A stretch of DNA of 64,000 nucleotides from Octopus sinensis (Eukaryota), in NCBI RefSeq assembly GCF_006345805.1, contig NC_043004.1:50034001-50098000 (forward strand), in the 5' to 3' direction. The notes under the pieces are model-generated. The model was not told where the DNA came from. It searched no databases and was given only the letters and a program-made list of their open reading frames with translations. Positions 51,557 through 64,000 of this stretch are shown here, piece by piece. A program made the translations under genes and the position numbers. The first letter of the stretch is position 1. Every line of letters begins with the position of its first letter.

Positions 51557-52201
51557 TATATAGCACTCGTAGAAGTTGCAACAGGCAATGTGTGTGTGTG
51601 TGTAGGTATTCTGAGTTATTTTCAATTTGTCTGCAATATTACTTTGTAAGTAAAAAATATTTGCAGGCTCAAAGCTATCACGGTATTTGTGTGTGTGTGT
51701 GTGTGTGTATGTGTGTGTGTGTGTGTGCATATATGTGTGCTTGTGTGTACGTATATATAGTCGCAGAGGTAGGCAGGGGAGCAGAGAGTGCTCGCGACTC
51801 GGCGCATACACGTTGCAAGGCAGCATTATAAAAGAAATATGAATGTAACAATAAAAGTTATGAGAACATTCACTCGGAATGTGAATGACTTTTCGCATAT
51901 GAGGTGATCATTCGTTTCTCGCTGTTCTGTTTTGATATGCAAAACTAGACAATTGTTTGATAATGTGAATAAAAGAACAGAAATGTCATTAACATACTGA
52001 TATTCATTGCTTAGATATTTTGAAGTGTTTTTAAACTTTTACATCAGACTAAACCATGTTACATCAGGCAACAGCACCACTTGGTCAGATTAGACCTAAT
52101 TACTCCAGACGGTACAAATATACGCGCGCGCACGCACTCACACACACACACACACACTCACACACACACACACTCACACACACACACACACACTCACACA
52201 C

Positions 52202-52241
<40 letters not shown>

Positions 52242-53315
52242 ACACAAATGGGTCAGTTCAAAAAGTATTTATCTTTCTTTCCGCCGTCTTTCACTTCATC
52301 AAAATGGCGTACACCTCAAAATGTTCAGTCAATCAAAGAATCGAAGGTCCTTTCCAGGCCATAGGCTCATAAGGCCGATTTGCTGGATTACAAACTTTGC
52401 TGGATTCACAAAATTACACATTTTTAGCAGCTGAGTGGGTTGGAGTAACGTAAAATGAAGTGTTTTGCTGAAAAGCACAACGCATCGAAACAACTTTATG
52501 ATCATGAATGCGACACCCTGACAACTAAGTTACGCGCCTCTACGTAAAATTTTACTCACATATAAATATATGTAGATACACACTTATGTACTCACTCACA
52601 CACGCGCGCGCGTGTGGGTCTGGTCTGGTCGAATGGTTAACTTCGCGACCACAATGTTTCGAGTTCGATTCCAAAACGTGACATGGAAGACGAGTGACAT
52701 TCTCTACATATTCGGGTTTACCCATACCTTCAAAGTGCAATTTGGTAAAGAGACACTGTATAGAGACCCATGAAATGGAAGGTAACTTCAATTTAAAAGG
52801 TACAGCTTTCTCGTGCATTGTATTACGCTTTGAAATTTGGTTGATCGAACAACTGTGCTCTCACCTTCTAACGAGAGAGTTTCACCTTCATATATGTGTG
52901 TGCGTACGTGCGTGTGTATGTATGTGTATGTATGTATGTATGTATGTATGTATGTATGTATGTATGTATGTATGTATGTATGTATGTATGTATGCATGTA
53001 TGTATGTACACGCACACGTATACGTATATGTATGTATTTATAATATAACAAAAAGAATGAAATGAGCAAGTCATTCTACAGTTGTTTCGTTTTAGTGCAG
53101 TGCAAGCAGTCTTGAAACATTACGCAATAATTCATGCAATAATTGATTACTTCTCATGTCCTGTTCAAGGTAACCTTTATAAAATGCTGAATAAGACTCT
53201 TCAGAATTGGGTTCAAAATACATGGTGGTCAAACCATGAATATATACAACCAAACACTAAACATATACAGAGCGAGTAGGGCGTGTCCATATGAACAAAT
53301 TTACAAAACATGAAC

Positions 53316-53707
53316 AGGTGTGGCTGTGTGGTAAGTAGCTTGCTTACGAACCACATGGTTCTGGGTTCGGTCCCACTGCGTGGCACCTTGGGCAAGTGTC
53401 TTCTACTATAGCCTTTGCTGACTAAAGCCTTGTGACTGGATTTTGAAGATAGAAACTGAAAGAAGCCCGTTGCATAAATGTATATATATGTATGTGCGTG
53501 TATATGTTTATGTGTCTGTGTTTGTCCCCTCAACATCGCTTAACAACCGATGGTAGTGTGTTTACGTCCTCGTAACTTAGCGGTTCTGCAAAAGAGACCG
53601 ATAGAATAAGTACTAGGCTTACAAAAAATATGTCCTGGGGTCGATTTGCTCGACTAAAGGCGGTGTTCCAGCATGGCCGCAGTCAAATGACTGAAACAAG
53701 TAAAAAA
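53316..53707 (+). mobile_element. SINE family A, near full length
   Basis: GTGGCTGTGTGGTAAGTAGC...GAAACAAGTAAAAAAG. Confidence 0.88.
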
Positions 53708-53800
53708 GTTTACCATTTTGTCTCATAGCCAATATCCTTGAATGAGCTAATACAATAAATACCAAGGTTATACACACTTTATATAGTTTTAATATGATTT

Positions 53801-53843
53801 TTAATATATCGACCGGTTTCGCTTTCGCTATTCATGATATTAA
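53801..53843 (-). ncRNA. Minimal type I hammerhead with compensatory A3-U8 core
   Basis: Minus strand TTAATATC-ATGAATA-GC GAAA GC-GAAA-C CG G-TC-GATATATTAA. Cleavage triplet GUC, predicted cut between 53811 and 53810. Confidence 0.72.
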
Positions 53844-54555
53844 GGTTTACTTATTTGAATGTGTATTTGCTTAAGGAGACATTTTTGTCCACGTTGTGTG
53901 TGATGATATTTACGAGTGAATGACTTCACAAGAAGGTAAAATAAGGGGAGGTAATTGGTTATCGTTATTATTGTTATTTTGTTAGGGAGATAACTGTTTA
54001 GCTTTCTGTAGGGGAGCGTAATATATATATATACACAAAAAAAAGTTTCGAAAAACTTGTTTAGTAAGGGGGATTTATGTGCAGTGATGTAATCGTGAAT
54101 TGAAATATCTAAAAATATAAAAGTTGGTTATGCATGCATATTAAGACATGTTCTGTATTTTTCGATGAAAAAATTTCTTTATTTAAACGTTCTTGTGGAG
54201 AAATTGTGTCTTTGCACTGGTAGAAGGAGAAAACTGTGAGATTTGGTTTGATGTTATCTGGACATTTTTCTATATGTTCACTGAAAAGAATTTGCCTGTA
54301 TTGCGGGAAACGGATTTGCTTTTTATGTAGAGTGGTTCTCCGTCTAAGTCATACTCGTCTGTCGAATATAATTGTGTTCGCAACCCGAGCAGGTTATTAC
54401 ATAAATTAGGTTCTCAGCGACACAAGTGAAACTAGTTTTCATTGTGAACCTCTGTCCTTGTTTGAAAAGGAAATCCGAGCCTTCAAGTAAGTTGGGGCAG
54501 GTTCCACAGTTTGGGCGTCCAGAATTTTTAACCGTTGGTTTCGTGGTAGCAGTCC

Positions 54556-54597
54556 TTAATATCATGAATAGCAAAAGCGAAACCGTCGATGTATTAA
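54556..54597 (+). ncRNA. Inverted copy of the A3-U8 hammerhead, one nt shorter in stem III
   Basis: TTAATATC-ATGAATA(54564-54570)-GC AAAA GC-GAAA-CCG-TC-GATGTATTAA. Confidence 0.6.
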
Positions 54598-55801
54598 AAA
54601 TTCCATTAAAATTATGTAAAGTGTGTGTATTTTCCATTTTTAATTTCTTATATATATAATCTATCTCTGTTCATAATTCCTAGGAAGGTTTTTGTCGGGT
54701 GAGCGTCTTAGACATCTCTTTCATAGGCTTCTAAACGCAACGGTCATTACACTTTTCGACTGAATTCTCAAGCGCGAAGTATTATCCAACGTTAGAAGTA
54801 TTATCCAACGTTCTTGGTTTATCTCGAGGTCTTCTGTCAGCTGGCTCGACTTGAAGAAACTGTCTTGCAATTCTTTCTTGCGACATACTAATCAATTTCT
54901 AATAAATATACATTGCTAGATAGACGTAAATAGACAGCTAGAGTGGAAGTCGATTGTTAAAATCTCGAATAACGTTAGCTCTCAGTTATTTCTATTAAAA
55001 TTAGTTGCTACCAAATTTTGATAGCAGGTTAGTCTGTCACAAAATTATATTGAAGCATCATATCTGGGTAGGTGTAGCACAGACTGTGGTTGTATTCTGC
55101 AGTACATAACTGACGTTTGTAGTACACCTCTAACTATAGTGATACATATATTGTATTAACTCACGAAGTTATTGACGTATTTGAGTGAATCCTGTATTCG
55201 ATCATTTTAGTATTTGGTCATATCAATGAGGTACAACACTGGTATAGTTTGTATTTTGAAGTAATTTATTGAATAGTTGTGTGAAGCAAGGGTCCAATAC
55301 CACCCAGCTGTAGAACAGTATTGGGCTGGCAGTCATTTGGTGCCAGATCGCACTGAAAGAACAAATTTTAAAATTTATATTTCCATTGTATTTACTAATG
55401 CTATCTGCAGGTTGTTTTTGATTATATATACATTATAATGTAATATGTATTATATAAGTCATAATCAAATTATATATAATGCACTTTATCTTATTTTGTT
55501 ATGCACCTGCTCTCCCGGTGTTAAAATTGTCTTGAATAAAACCGGTCCATGTGCAAAAAGGGTTGGGGGCCGCTGGTCTAAAGTACAAAACGATTTGTGC
55601 TTTACATAATTTATAACCGTGTTTCACGAGAGTTAAATTGTGCGGCGGACGCAATTTCGAAATAAAAAGAAAAACACTGGTAAGTCGATTTACATTGATC
55701 GAGTCCCTTGTGAAATATACAAGTAGGAAGAGTCATGATACTGGTGGTAGTGGTTGTAGTCCATGTAGTTGTGGTGGCTGTGATGGTTGTGTAAGTGGTG
55801 G

Positions 55802-55857
<56 letters not shown>

Positions 55858-56220
55858 CAGACAGACAAACAGTCAGTGGGACGGACGGACAATCCGTCAG
55901 GAGATCGGCAACCAGTAATTCAATATAATGATTTATGAAGTTTCAACCCCAATATATAAATAAATACATGTGGATGTGTCTTTCTAGCTATCAGTCCCTT
56001 TGTCTGCCATTTTGTCTGGGTGCATATATGTATGAGCAGTCACACGCACACACACACACACACACACAACACACACACATACATACACGCACAGAGAGAG
56101 AGGAGAGAGAGAGAGAGAGAGAGAGAGAAGCATTTATAGACACATGGTACTTTCAAACATATTGCTCAACTATGATCTAAAACACCTGGGAAAACTGATA
56201 CACCACACACACACCACACA

Positions 56221-56252
<32 letters not shown>

Positions 56253-56705
56253 GTATATACATAGCATCTGCTAGTCTCCTTTACCCCATCTCCTTTCCGC
56301 CATCTCATGCTCTCTCTCTCTCCCTCCCACTCACTCTCAATGCTTCAGTTTCATCGTCTGTGGTTATTTTTAAACCTAACTGCAGCCTCAACTATTTTCC
56401 CCTCGGTACATTACGCTTTAATAACAATGTAATGATAACAACGACAATAATGTTAATTATCAGTATCAGTTTTAGTATTAGTATTATTTATTACTTTTAT
56501 AGTAGTAATAGTAGTGGAAGGAGGAGGAGGAGGAGTTTAAGGTAGTGGCATTGAAGGTGGTATTGGGGAAAAGATTTGGTAATGCATATAGATGATGGTG
56601 ATGGTGATGATGATGATGACGACGACGATGTAGATAATGACTGCGATAACGCGGGTTGATATTTGCGATTTTTGGGTCTTTTTAATTGTTAATATAACGA
56701 TGTCT

Positions 56706-56920
56706 AAAGGCGGCGAGCTGGCAGAGTCGTTAATGTGCCTGACAAAGCGCTAAGCGACATTACGTCCATCTTTTATGTTCTGAGCTCAAATTCCACCGAG
56801 GTCGACTCTGCCTTAAATTTTTTCAGAGTCGATAAAATAAGGACTAGTTGAGCACTGGGGTCGATGTAATCGACTTACCCCGTACCCCATAAAGGACTGG
56901 CCTTGTGCCAAAATTTGAGA
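56706..56920 (+). mobile_element. SINE family B, full length
   Basis: AAAGGCGGCGAGCTGGCAGAGTCGTT...CCTTGTGCCAAAATTTGA. Confidence 0.85.
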
Positions 56921-58172
56921 CAAATGTAATGCTGTCTAGAGGCATTGGCGGGCAGAAACTGTAAGAGTGGTACAGCAGGCGATTAAGAAATCAATGTTCT
57001 ATTAATTTATCTACGCCATTTTGCCAGGGTTGATAGAATTATCTAACAGTTAAATTAATAGGATCGATATAATTGTCTGCACACTCTACTTTTCTCATTG
57101 CACGCCCTCTAATGAGTGATCTTCTTTCTATATAAATAATAAGACAATCAGTATTATTGTTCAAAGGGCGCTACTTGGCAAGACCTGTACGGTAGCAACT
57201 AAGGGCAACTAACCCACGTAGTGGAGGGTGAGAGATGCCCCATGACTCCGACCAAATTTCACTCCCGGTACATCTGGTACATCTAAAACTGCCTGTGATT
57301 ATCTTCTGTGCTGTGCAATGCACGAAACATCCCATCTATCTGCATCTATTTGTCTATCTTTCTAATCTTTCCTTCAAGCAGTTACATCCTGAACGTTTTG
57401 CTGGGCCAAAGATGAAGGGGCCAGAATGGTGGCTCGCGACTACATAAGCCCCAAAAACAATTAACGAAAGCATGATACATGTTACCAAATATTACACTCT
57501 CAGGAGTAACGGGTGGCTGTACTTCGTATTATAATATCAGGAGTGCACTTCAAGGTTTAGCAGACCTATTTCTCACTGAAATTACTCGAATTTAACTCCC
57601 ACATATCGGCCTAGGCTTTCATTCTGACAAGATCGATGTTAAAATTGGTTGCTTCAAGTTCATTTTCATTTGTAGGTTTCATCCCTACAAATGGCTTTAT
57701 TCATTTGACAGAGCAGTGTATCGTAGGGGAAATTTATCCGCTATTTCTAGCAAGTTGTCAGACCAGATAGAGACCCGAATGCGGCATGTATCTTGTAGTA
57801 TTCTGTATTAAGATACATGCATACACACTGCAATGATTCATGTGTTATGTGGTGTGTCCATGTTTTGCTTACATCAAACATATGATGTTTATTTAACTAA
57901 TGAAATAGACATAAAATACCGAGGGATTATCGCATTATCACTGAAACGAAAGAAAGACAGACAGATACACACACAGACAGATGGATAGAAAGACAGACAG
58001 ACAGGCAGACTGACAAATAGATAGGTCGAACGTTAGACATAGATGAATACATGCATACTTACATGCATACAAGTATACATTTATGCATACACGAATACAG
58101 ATATGCATATGTATATACACTTATCGACAAACATACCTAGCCCACACATACGTATAGATACATAAACGCGCG

Positions 58173-58210
<38 letters not shown>

Positions 58211-58427
58211 GAAACACACATAAACATATTAACAAATATGGTGGATGATTCTCAAAGGAGAGAGATTCAGGGAGTTAATAGTGTGGGTGTGGGAAACCTA
58301 ATACCATACAAGATGATACGAGTGGAGGGGTGGCGAATACAAATGTTTTCGTGTGTTTGGTAATTATAAACGATAGTGAAGAGGTTGTGTTTTCACAACC
58401 AAAACAAAACGATCTGATGTCGGCGTA

Positions 58428-58527
58428 NNNNNNNNNNNNNNNNNNNNNNNNNNNNNNNNNNNNNNNNNNNNNNNNNNNNNNNNNNNNNNNNNNNNNNNNN
58501 NNNNNNNNNNNNNNNNNNNNNNNNNNN
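58428..58527. other. Assembly gap (100 N)
   Basis: Run of N. Confidence 1.
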
Positions 58528-58528
58528 A

Positions 58529-59112
58529 AACTTATAAAATAAGGGCTAAAGAAAATTATTTCAATGCCAAGATGCTGATAACAGACTTTTAAATCGTTAA
58601 TTTCCACATATTATTTACTCGCTACAGAAAAATAAGACGAAGAAACTGAATTCGGGGAAAGCCGGCCGATGAATTTTTTAAAGTTCGTTATTTCTATATT
58701 GAATCAATTTCAGAATTAATCTCATAATAGATTTTTTCCTCTTCAGTAGAACATACGAAAGGATATAAATAAGATACTTATATGCGCCCATGGATTATTT
58801 TTAGATATATCTGGGGTACTTATGTGTACTCATGGTTTTTGCTTCGGCTTTTTTCCATGGGCGCATGTATCTTATTTATATCCTTTTGTATGTTCTACTG
58901 AAGAGGAAAAAATCTATTATGAGATTAATTCCGAATTGATTCAATATAGAAATAACGAACTTTTTAAAAATTCTATCGGCCGGCTTTCCCCGATTTCAGT
59001 TCTTCGTGTTTTTTTCTGTAGCGAGTAAATAAAATGTGGAAATTGACGATTTAAAAGTCTGTTATCAGCATATTGGCAGTGAAATAATTTTCTTTAGCCC
59101 TTATTTATAAGT

Positions 59113-59113
<1 letters not shown>
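58529..59113. repeat. Long fold-back palindrome (~265-bp arms, 59-nt spacer) abutting the gap
   Basis: Arms 58529-58794 and 58854-59113 are near-identical reverse complements. Confidence 0.95.
58686..58757 (-). ncRNA. Type I hammerhead motif (canonical core) in left arm; mirror copy at 58887-58957 (+)
   Basis: Minus strand TTCTA-CTGAAGA-GGAA..AATCT ATTATG AGATT..TTCT-GAAA-TTG ATT CAA-TA-TAGAA, triplet AUA. The plus copy (core 58898-58904) has perfect GGAA/TTCC but GAA instead of GAAA. Confidence 0.75.
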
Positions 59114-59154
<41 letters not shown>

Positions 59155-59169
59155 ATGTATGACATTATT

Positions 59170-59304
59170 AAGGCTGCACAATCTTCACAAAATGTTACTC
59201 AGAGTTTCATGTTAGCGTTCGTCGGACAGTTGATCACAACCACAACTGTCCGACGAACGGGAACGTGAAACTCTGAGTAATACTTTGTGAAGATTTTGCA
59301 GCTT
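59170..59304. ncRNA. Short palindrome (~63-bp arms) with mirror hammerhead-like motifs, U4C core
   Basis: Plus strand TGT-CCGACGA(59250-59256)-ACG GGAA CGT-GAAA-CTCTGAG-TA-ATA. Minus strand TGT-CCGACGA-ACG CTAA CAT-GAAA-CTCTGAG-TA-ACA. Loop 59233-59242. Confidence 0.65.
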
Positions 59305-59463
59305 TTATAAAAGCATATTACCCGAACTTTGGTATTAGAGTTATATTTTTCTACGTTGTTTTGCATTTATATACTTACACGTGTACACACACTCACACAC
59401 ACACACACACACACACACCTATATGCATGCATACATACCCAACATACATACATGCATATATAT

Positions 59464-59519
<56 letters not shown>

Positions 59520-60354
59520 ACACATTTATAAAAAAGGATGACTTGTCCTGCTCGAGGCATTGTTTAATAAGGCTGGTTTCTTGGATTCCTCCCCTACACC
59601 CGGATGGGGCGCAAGTTCGTTGCAGGATTATTCATGCTTACCAGCTGAATGAAATGGAAGAACGTGAAATGCATTGTTTTGCTCAAGAACACGACATGAT
59701 GTCCTTCGCCATCGCCTAAAAACCAATTCTGGTTTGTTTACTTCCCCGTAATCTTGCGATTCGGCAAAAGAAATCGATAGAACAAGTATCAGTTTAAGAA
59801 GAAGAAGTACTGTGGTCGATTTGTTCGACTAAACCCTTCAATACGGTGACCCAGCATGGACGTAGTGCCATGATAAAAACAAAATCATGTGTAGGAGAAA
59901 TAGAAAGGGTGTTCAGGATTTATTTTTGCTCTTCAGAAAAGATATACCTATCAGATTAGGCTATTCATTAACATACTACCTTAATTCATAACAACTTTGA
60001 ACACACACACACACACACACGCACACAAACTCTCACACACATATTTATTAGCTAGTCTATGCTAATGATTGAGAAAGTTGGGTATGTCTTCTCAGAGGAG
60101 CAGTCAATAAATCGTGAAAAGGTCCATCAAAAACCTGTCTTTTTTTTTTTTTACACAGATCATTAATATAAATGAAATGCGTCTACATCCTTATTTATGT
60201 GACAGTAAAGTTTTATATTTGAATTTATTCCAGTTATTTCTGATTTAGGCCAATGTAGTGCATAAATCGATATTCTTTACTTAAACACAAATCTGAAAAA
60301 GTACAAACGTACTTGCTTAATTAATGACTCCTGCTTAAGTAGCAGATCTACATT

Positions 60355-61035
60355 GGTTTCAAATTTTGGCACAAGGCCAGCAACTTTGGGCGAAGGGTTA
60401 AGTCGGTTACATCGACCTCAGTACTCAACGGGTAAATATTTTATTGACCCCGAAAAGATGAAAGCAAAATCGGCCTCGGCAGAATTTGAACTCGGAATGT
60501 AAAGACCGACAAAATACCTATTTCTTTACTACCCACAAGGGGCTAAACACAGAGAGGACAAACGGATTAAGTCGATTATATCGACCACAGTGCGTAACTG
60601 GTACTTATTCAATCGACCCCGAAAGGATGAAAGGCAAAGTCGACCTCGGCGGATTTGAACTCAGAAACGTAGCGGCAGACGAAATACTGCTAAGGCATTT
60701 TGGCCCGCGTGCTAACGATTTTGCTAGCTGGCCGCTTTAAGTGGGCTGGCTTATATTAGTGACTGATCGAGAGTGTTGTTAACCTATTTCTTTACTACCA
60801 CACAAGGGGCTAAACACAGAGGGGACAGACCAAAACGGATTAAAAGTCGATTATATCGACCCCAGTGCGTAACTGGTACTTATTTAATCGACCCCGAAAG
60901 GATAAAGGCAAGTCGACCTCGGCGGAATTTGAACGCAGAACGTAACGGCAGACGAAATGCGGCTAAGCATTTTGCCCGGCGTGCTAACGATTCTGCTAGC
61001 TGACCGCTTTAAGTAGCTTGCTTATATTAGTGATT
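60355..61035 (-). mobile_element. Tandem array of three SINE family B copies (period ~266 bp for the last two)
   Basis: CCTATTTCTTTACTAC at 60517 and 60783. Both units end with the shared non-SINE flank GCTTATATTAGTGA. Confidence 0.85.
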
Positions 61036-61394
61036 GAAGATGTAAACCAGGTACGTTTCTTCTGACGAGCAGTAAACAAGTCATAAGACGGTCCGCCAGG
61101 AGACTTCTTCCAACTTTTTTTTTCTGTATACCAATTAGCATATGTGTTTATATTCTTATTTAAATCACACGAAGGATTTACAATACAGCCGAATATCTTT
61201 TATCCGAAATTCCAAAATTTGAAGATCTCTAAATTCCGAAAGTTTTATGATTGTTAGTTAATACGACACGCCACAAACAGAAAATTCCACGAAGGAAAAT
61301 TCCAACACTATATCTGTTCTGTGGCACGTGAGTTTGTTTTGTTTTTTGTTTGTACAGTAAGCACAAAATGGTATTTTCACGTAAGATTTAAGTT

Positions 61395-61657
61395 GCACAC
61401 ACACACACACACACACACACCACACACCTACACACACACCTACACACAGACACAGACAGACACACAACACACACACCTACACACACACACCTACACACAG
61501 ACACCGACACACCCACACACACACACACACACACCACACCTACACACGACACACACAGACACACAACACACACACACCTACACACACACACTACACACAG
61601 ACCACCGACACACACAACACACACAAACACACACACACACACACACCTACACACAGA

Positions 61658-61704
<47 letters not shown>

Positions 61705-61900
61705 CACACAGACACACACAGACACACACAACACGACAACCTACCACTACACACACCTACACCACACACCGACACACCCTACACACACACCCTACACACA
61801 CACCGACACACACACACAGCAGACACACACACACACACCTACACACACACACCTACACACAGACACAGACACAGACACACACACACAGATACACTCATGC
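61395..61900. repeat. Interrupted (CA)n / ACACACACCT tract
   Basis: Direct reading. Confidence 0.9.
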
Positions 61901-62078
61901 ACACGCAGACACGCATACACACACCCACCCGCCCATATGTACATTACATATATACACATAAACACATTTTACTAAGAACGAAATGTTTTCAACACATACG
62001 TCACAATGTCTAATTGCTTGGTGTCTGCGGTTGATATCTTCTGTGTTCCTACGCGGAGTTACGTGTATAGAGAGAGAG

Positions 62079-62480
62079 AGGCGCAGGAGTGGCTGTGTGG
62101 TAAGTAGCTTGTTTACCAACCACATGGTTCCGGGTTCAGTCCCACTGCGTGGCACCTTGGGCAAGTGTCTTCTACTATAGCCTCGGGCCGACCAAAGCCT
62201 TGTGAGTGGATTTGGTAGACGGAAACTGAAAGAAGCCCGTCGTATATATATATATATATATTTAGTGTTGTTTTGTGTGTCTGTGTTTGTCCCCCTAGCA
62301 TTGCTTGACAACCGATGCTGGTGTTTATGTCCCCGTTACTTAGCGGTTCGGCAAAAGAGACCGATAAAATAAGTATTGGGCTTACAAAAGAATAAGTCCC
62401 GGGGTCGAGTTGCTCGACTAAAGGCAGTGCTCCAGCATGGCCGCAGTCAAATGACTGAAACAAGTAAAAGAGTAAAAGAG
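62079..62480 (+). mobile_element. SINE family A, full length, 13-bp TSD
   Basis: GAGTTACGTGTAT at 62056-62068 and 62482-62494, with (AG)n between the left TSD and the SINE head. Confidence 0.92.
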
Positions 62481-62900
62481 AGAGTTACGTGTATTCACTT
62501 TTTCATCGCGGAATCCATCACAAAACACTCATAATGTATCGAATTGGATGCAAATATATTTGATATATAAGTTGTAAGCCAAGAATTTTATTTGATGAAA
62601 ATTATTTAAATAGAAAACTGAATTTGATATTAAGTACTATGAGGTAGACTCCCGACGTGCTTTGTTATCAATGGAATTCTCATTGACGCATAATTTAGAC
62701 ACCATTGTTACTTTATTTTCCAATAATGGTTCATACGTTAAAACAGCAAAATCTTTCATCTTATATGTACATTAAAGTCAATGATACGCTATCACACAGA
62801 GTGTGTATATGTGTATGTATGTATGTATTATGTATGTATGTATGTATGTATGTATGTATTGTATGCATCTCTCTCTCCTCTCTCTCTCTCTATATATATA

Positions 62901-62934
<34 letters not shown>

Positions 62935-62936
<2 letters not shown>

Positions 62937-62957
62937 GATAGATAGACAGATAGATAA

Positions 62958-63009
<52 letters not shown>

Positions 63010-63030
63010 TAGAGAGAGGATGGATGGATA

Positions 63031-63119
<89 letters not shown>

Positions 63120-63171
63120 GAAGAGATAGATATGCTTCTTTATTAGCCACACGGCTGCACACAGATAGAAC

Positions 63172-63211
<40 letters not shown>

Positions 63212-63260
63212 GATAGATAGATAGATAAGATAGATAGATAGATGGATGGATGGATGGATG

Positions 63261-63346
<86 letters not shown>

Positions 63347-63576
63347 GTTAGAGAAAGAATCTGTACTGGAATGAAAATATGCAGCAACAAAAGAAAATAT
63401 ACAAAGATGGCGACCGGAATACATCCTTCTGATCTTGCCTTCGGTTGCAATCAGCTTAGTTTCAACTAAATGAATTAAATTACCTATGCGCTACTTTCGA
63501 TAATGAGTACTTTTTCTCCGTTTCGTAACAACTCAAGTATATGCATATATGAATGTATATATATATATATTATATA

Positions 63577-63626
<50 letters not shown>

Positions 63627-63682
63627 ATATATAATATATATATATATATATGTATATACATATATATATAATATATTATATA

Positions 63683-63781
<99 letters not shown>

Positions 63782-63782
63782 G

Positions 63783-63821
<39 letters not shown>

Positions 63822-63907
63822 CTATATATATATATTATACATACAGATATATACATATATATATGCATACATATATATATATATTTATACATACAGATAT
63901 ATACATA

Positions 63908-63946
<39 letters not shown>

Positions 63947-63990
63947 TAGAGAGAAGAGAGGAGAGAGAGAGAGAGAGAGATTCATACATA
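62935..63990. repeat. (GATA)n and (TA)n microsatellite blocks at window end
   Basis: (GATA)n at 62935-63345 and (TA)n at about 63550-63945. Other (GATA)n tracts lie at 23295-23375, 28350-28490 and 55803-55858. Confidence 0.95.
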
Positions 63991-64000
63991 CAATACACAC

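Larger units (their letters stand above)
53745..54640 (-). mobile_element. Penelope-like element 3' fragment: GIY-YIG endonuclease + pLTR, with short inverted pLTR copy at its 5' break
   Basis: GRPNCGTC...FTCVAENLIYVITCSGCEHNYIRQT, then (frameshift) TLHKKQIR.PQYRQI..SEHI..C...KE.FFIEKY...LN. The segment about 53765-53846 is repeated in inverse at about 54553-54635. Confidence 0.85.

Noticed and set aside
55555-55580. GGTTGGGGGCCGCTG hAT-like right terminus
   Set aside because: No matching left TIR or TSD was found nearby, so no element boundaries can be supported.

Overview
AT-rich, microsatellite-dense animal genomic DNA. The two tRNA-derived SINE families and the repeat content suggest an octopus (inference). 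It has one 100-N scaffold gap. The only protein-coding gene I can support is a pancreatic-lipase-family gene on the minus strand. It has 7 exons from 45097 down to about 9836, an intact Ser/Asp/His triad, a full-length lid and a C-terminal PLAT-like region. The last exon, as assembled, carries two in-frame TAA stops. The rest is transposon debris: R4/Dong-type, CR1, RTE and Tx1 LINE fragments, Tc1/mariner remnants, Merlin-like and hAT MITEs, Helitron-like elements, a Penelope GIY-YIG fragment and many SINEs. The most striking unexplained signal is a set of long fold-back palindromes from several unrelated families whose arms carry type I hammerhead ribozyme motifs, so each element has mirror-image hammerheads on the two strands. 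Several have non-canonical cores, including a compensatory A3-U8 version attached to the Penelope fragment. All folds and alignments were done by eye and no database searches were run.
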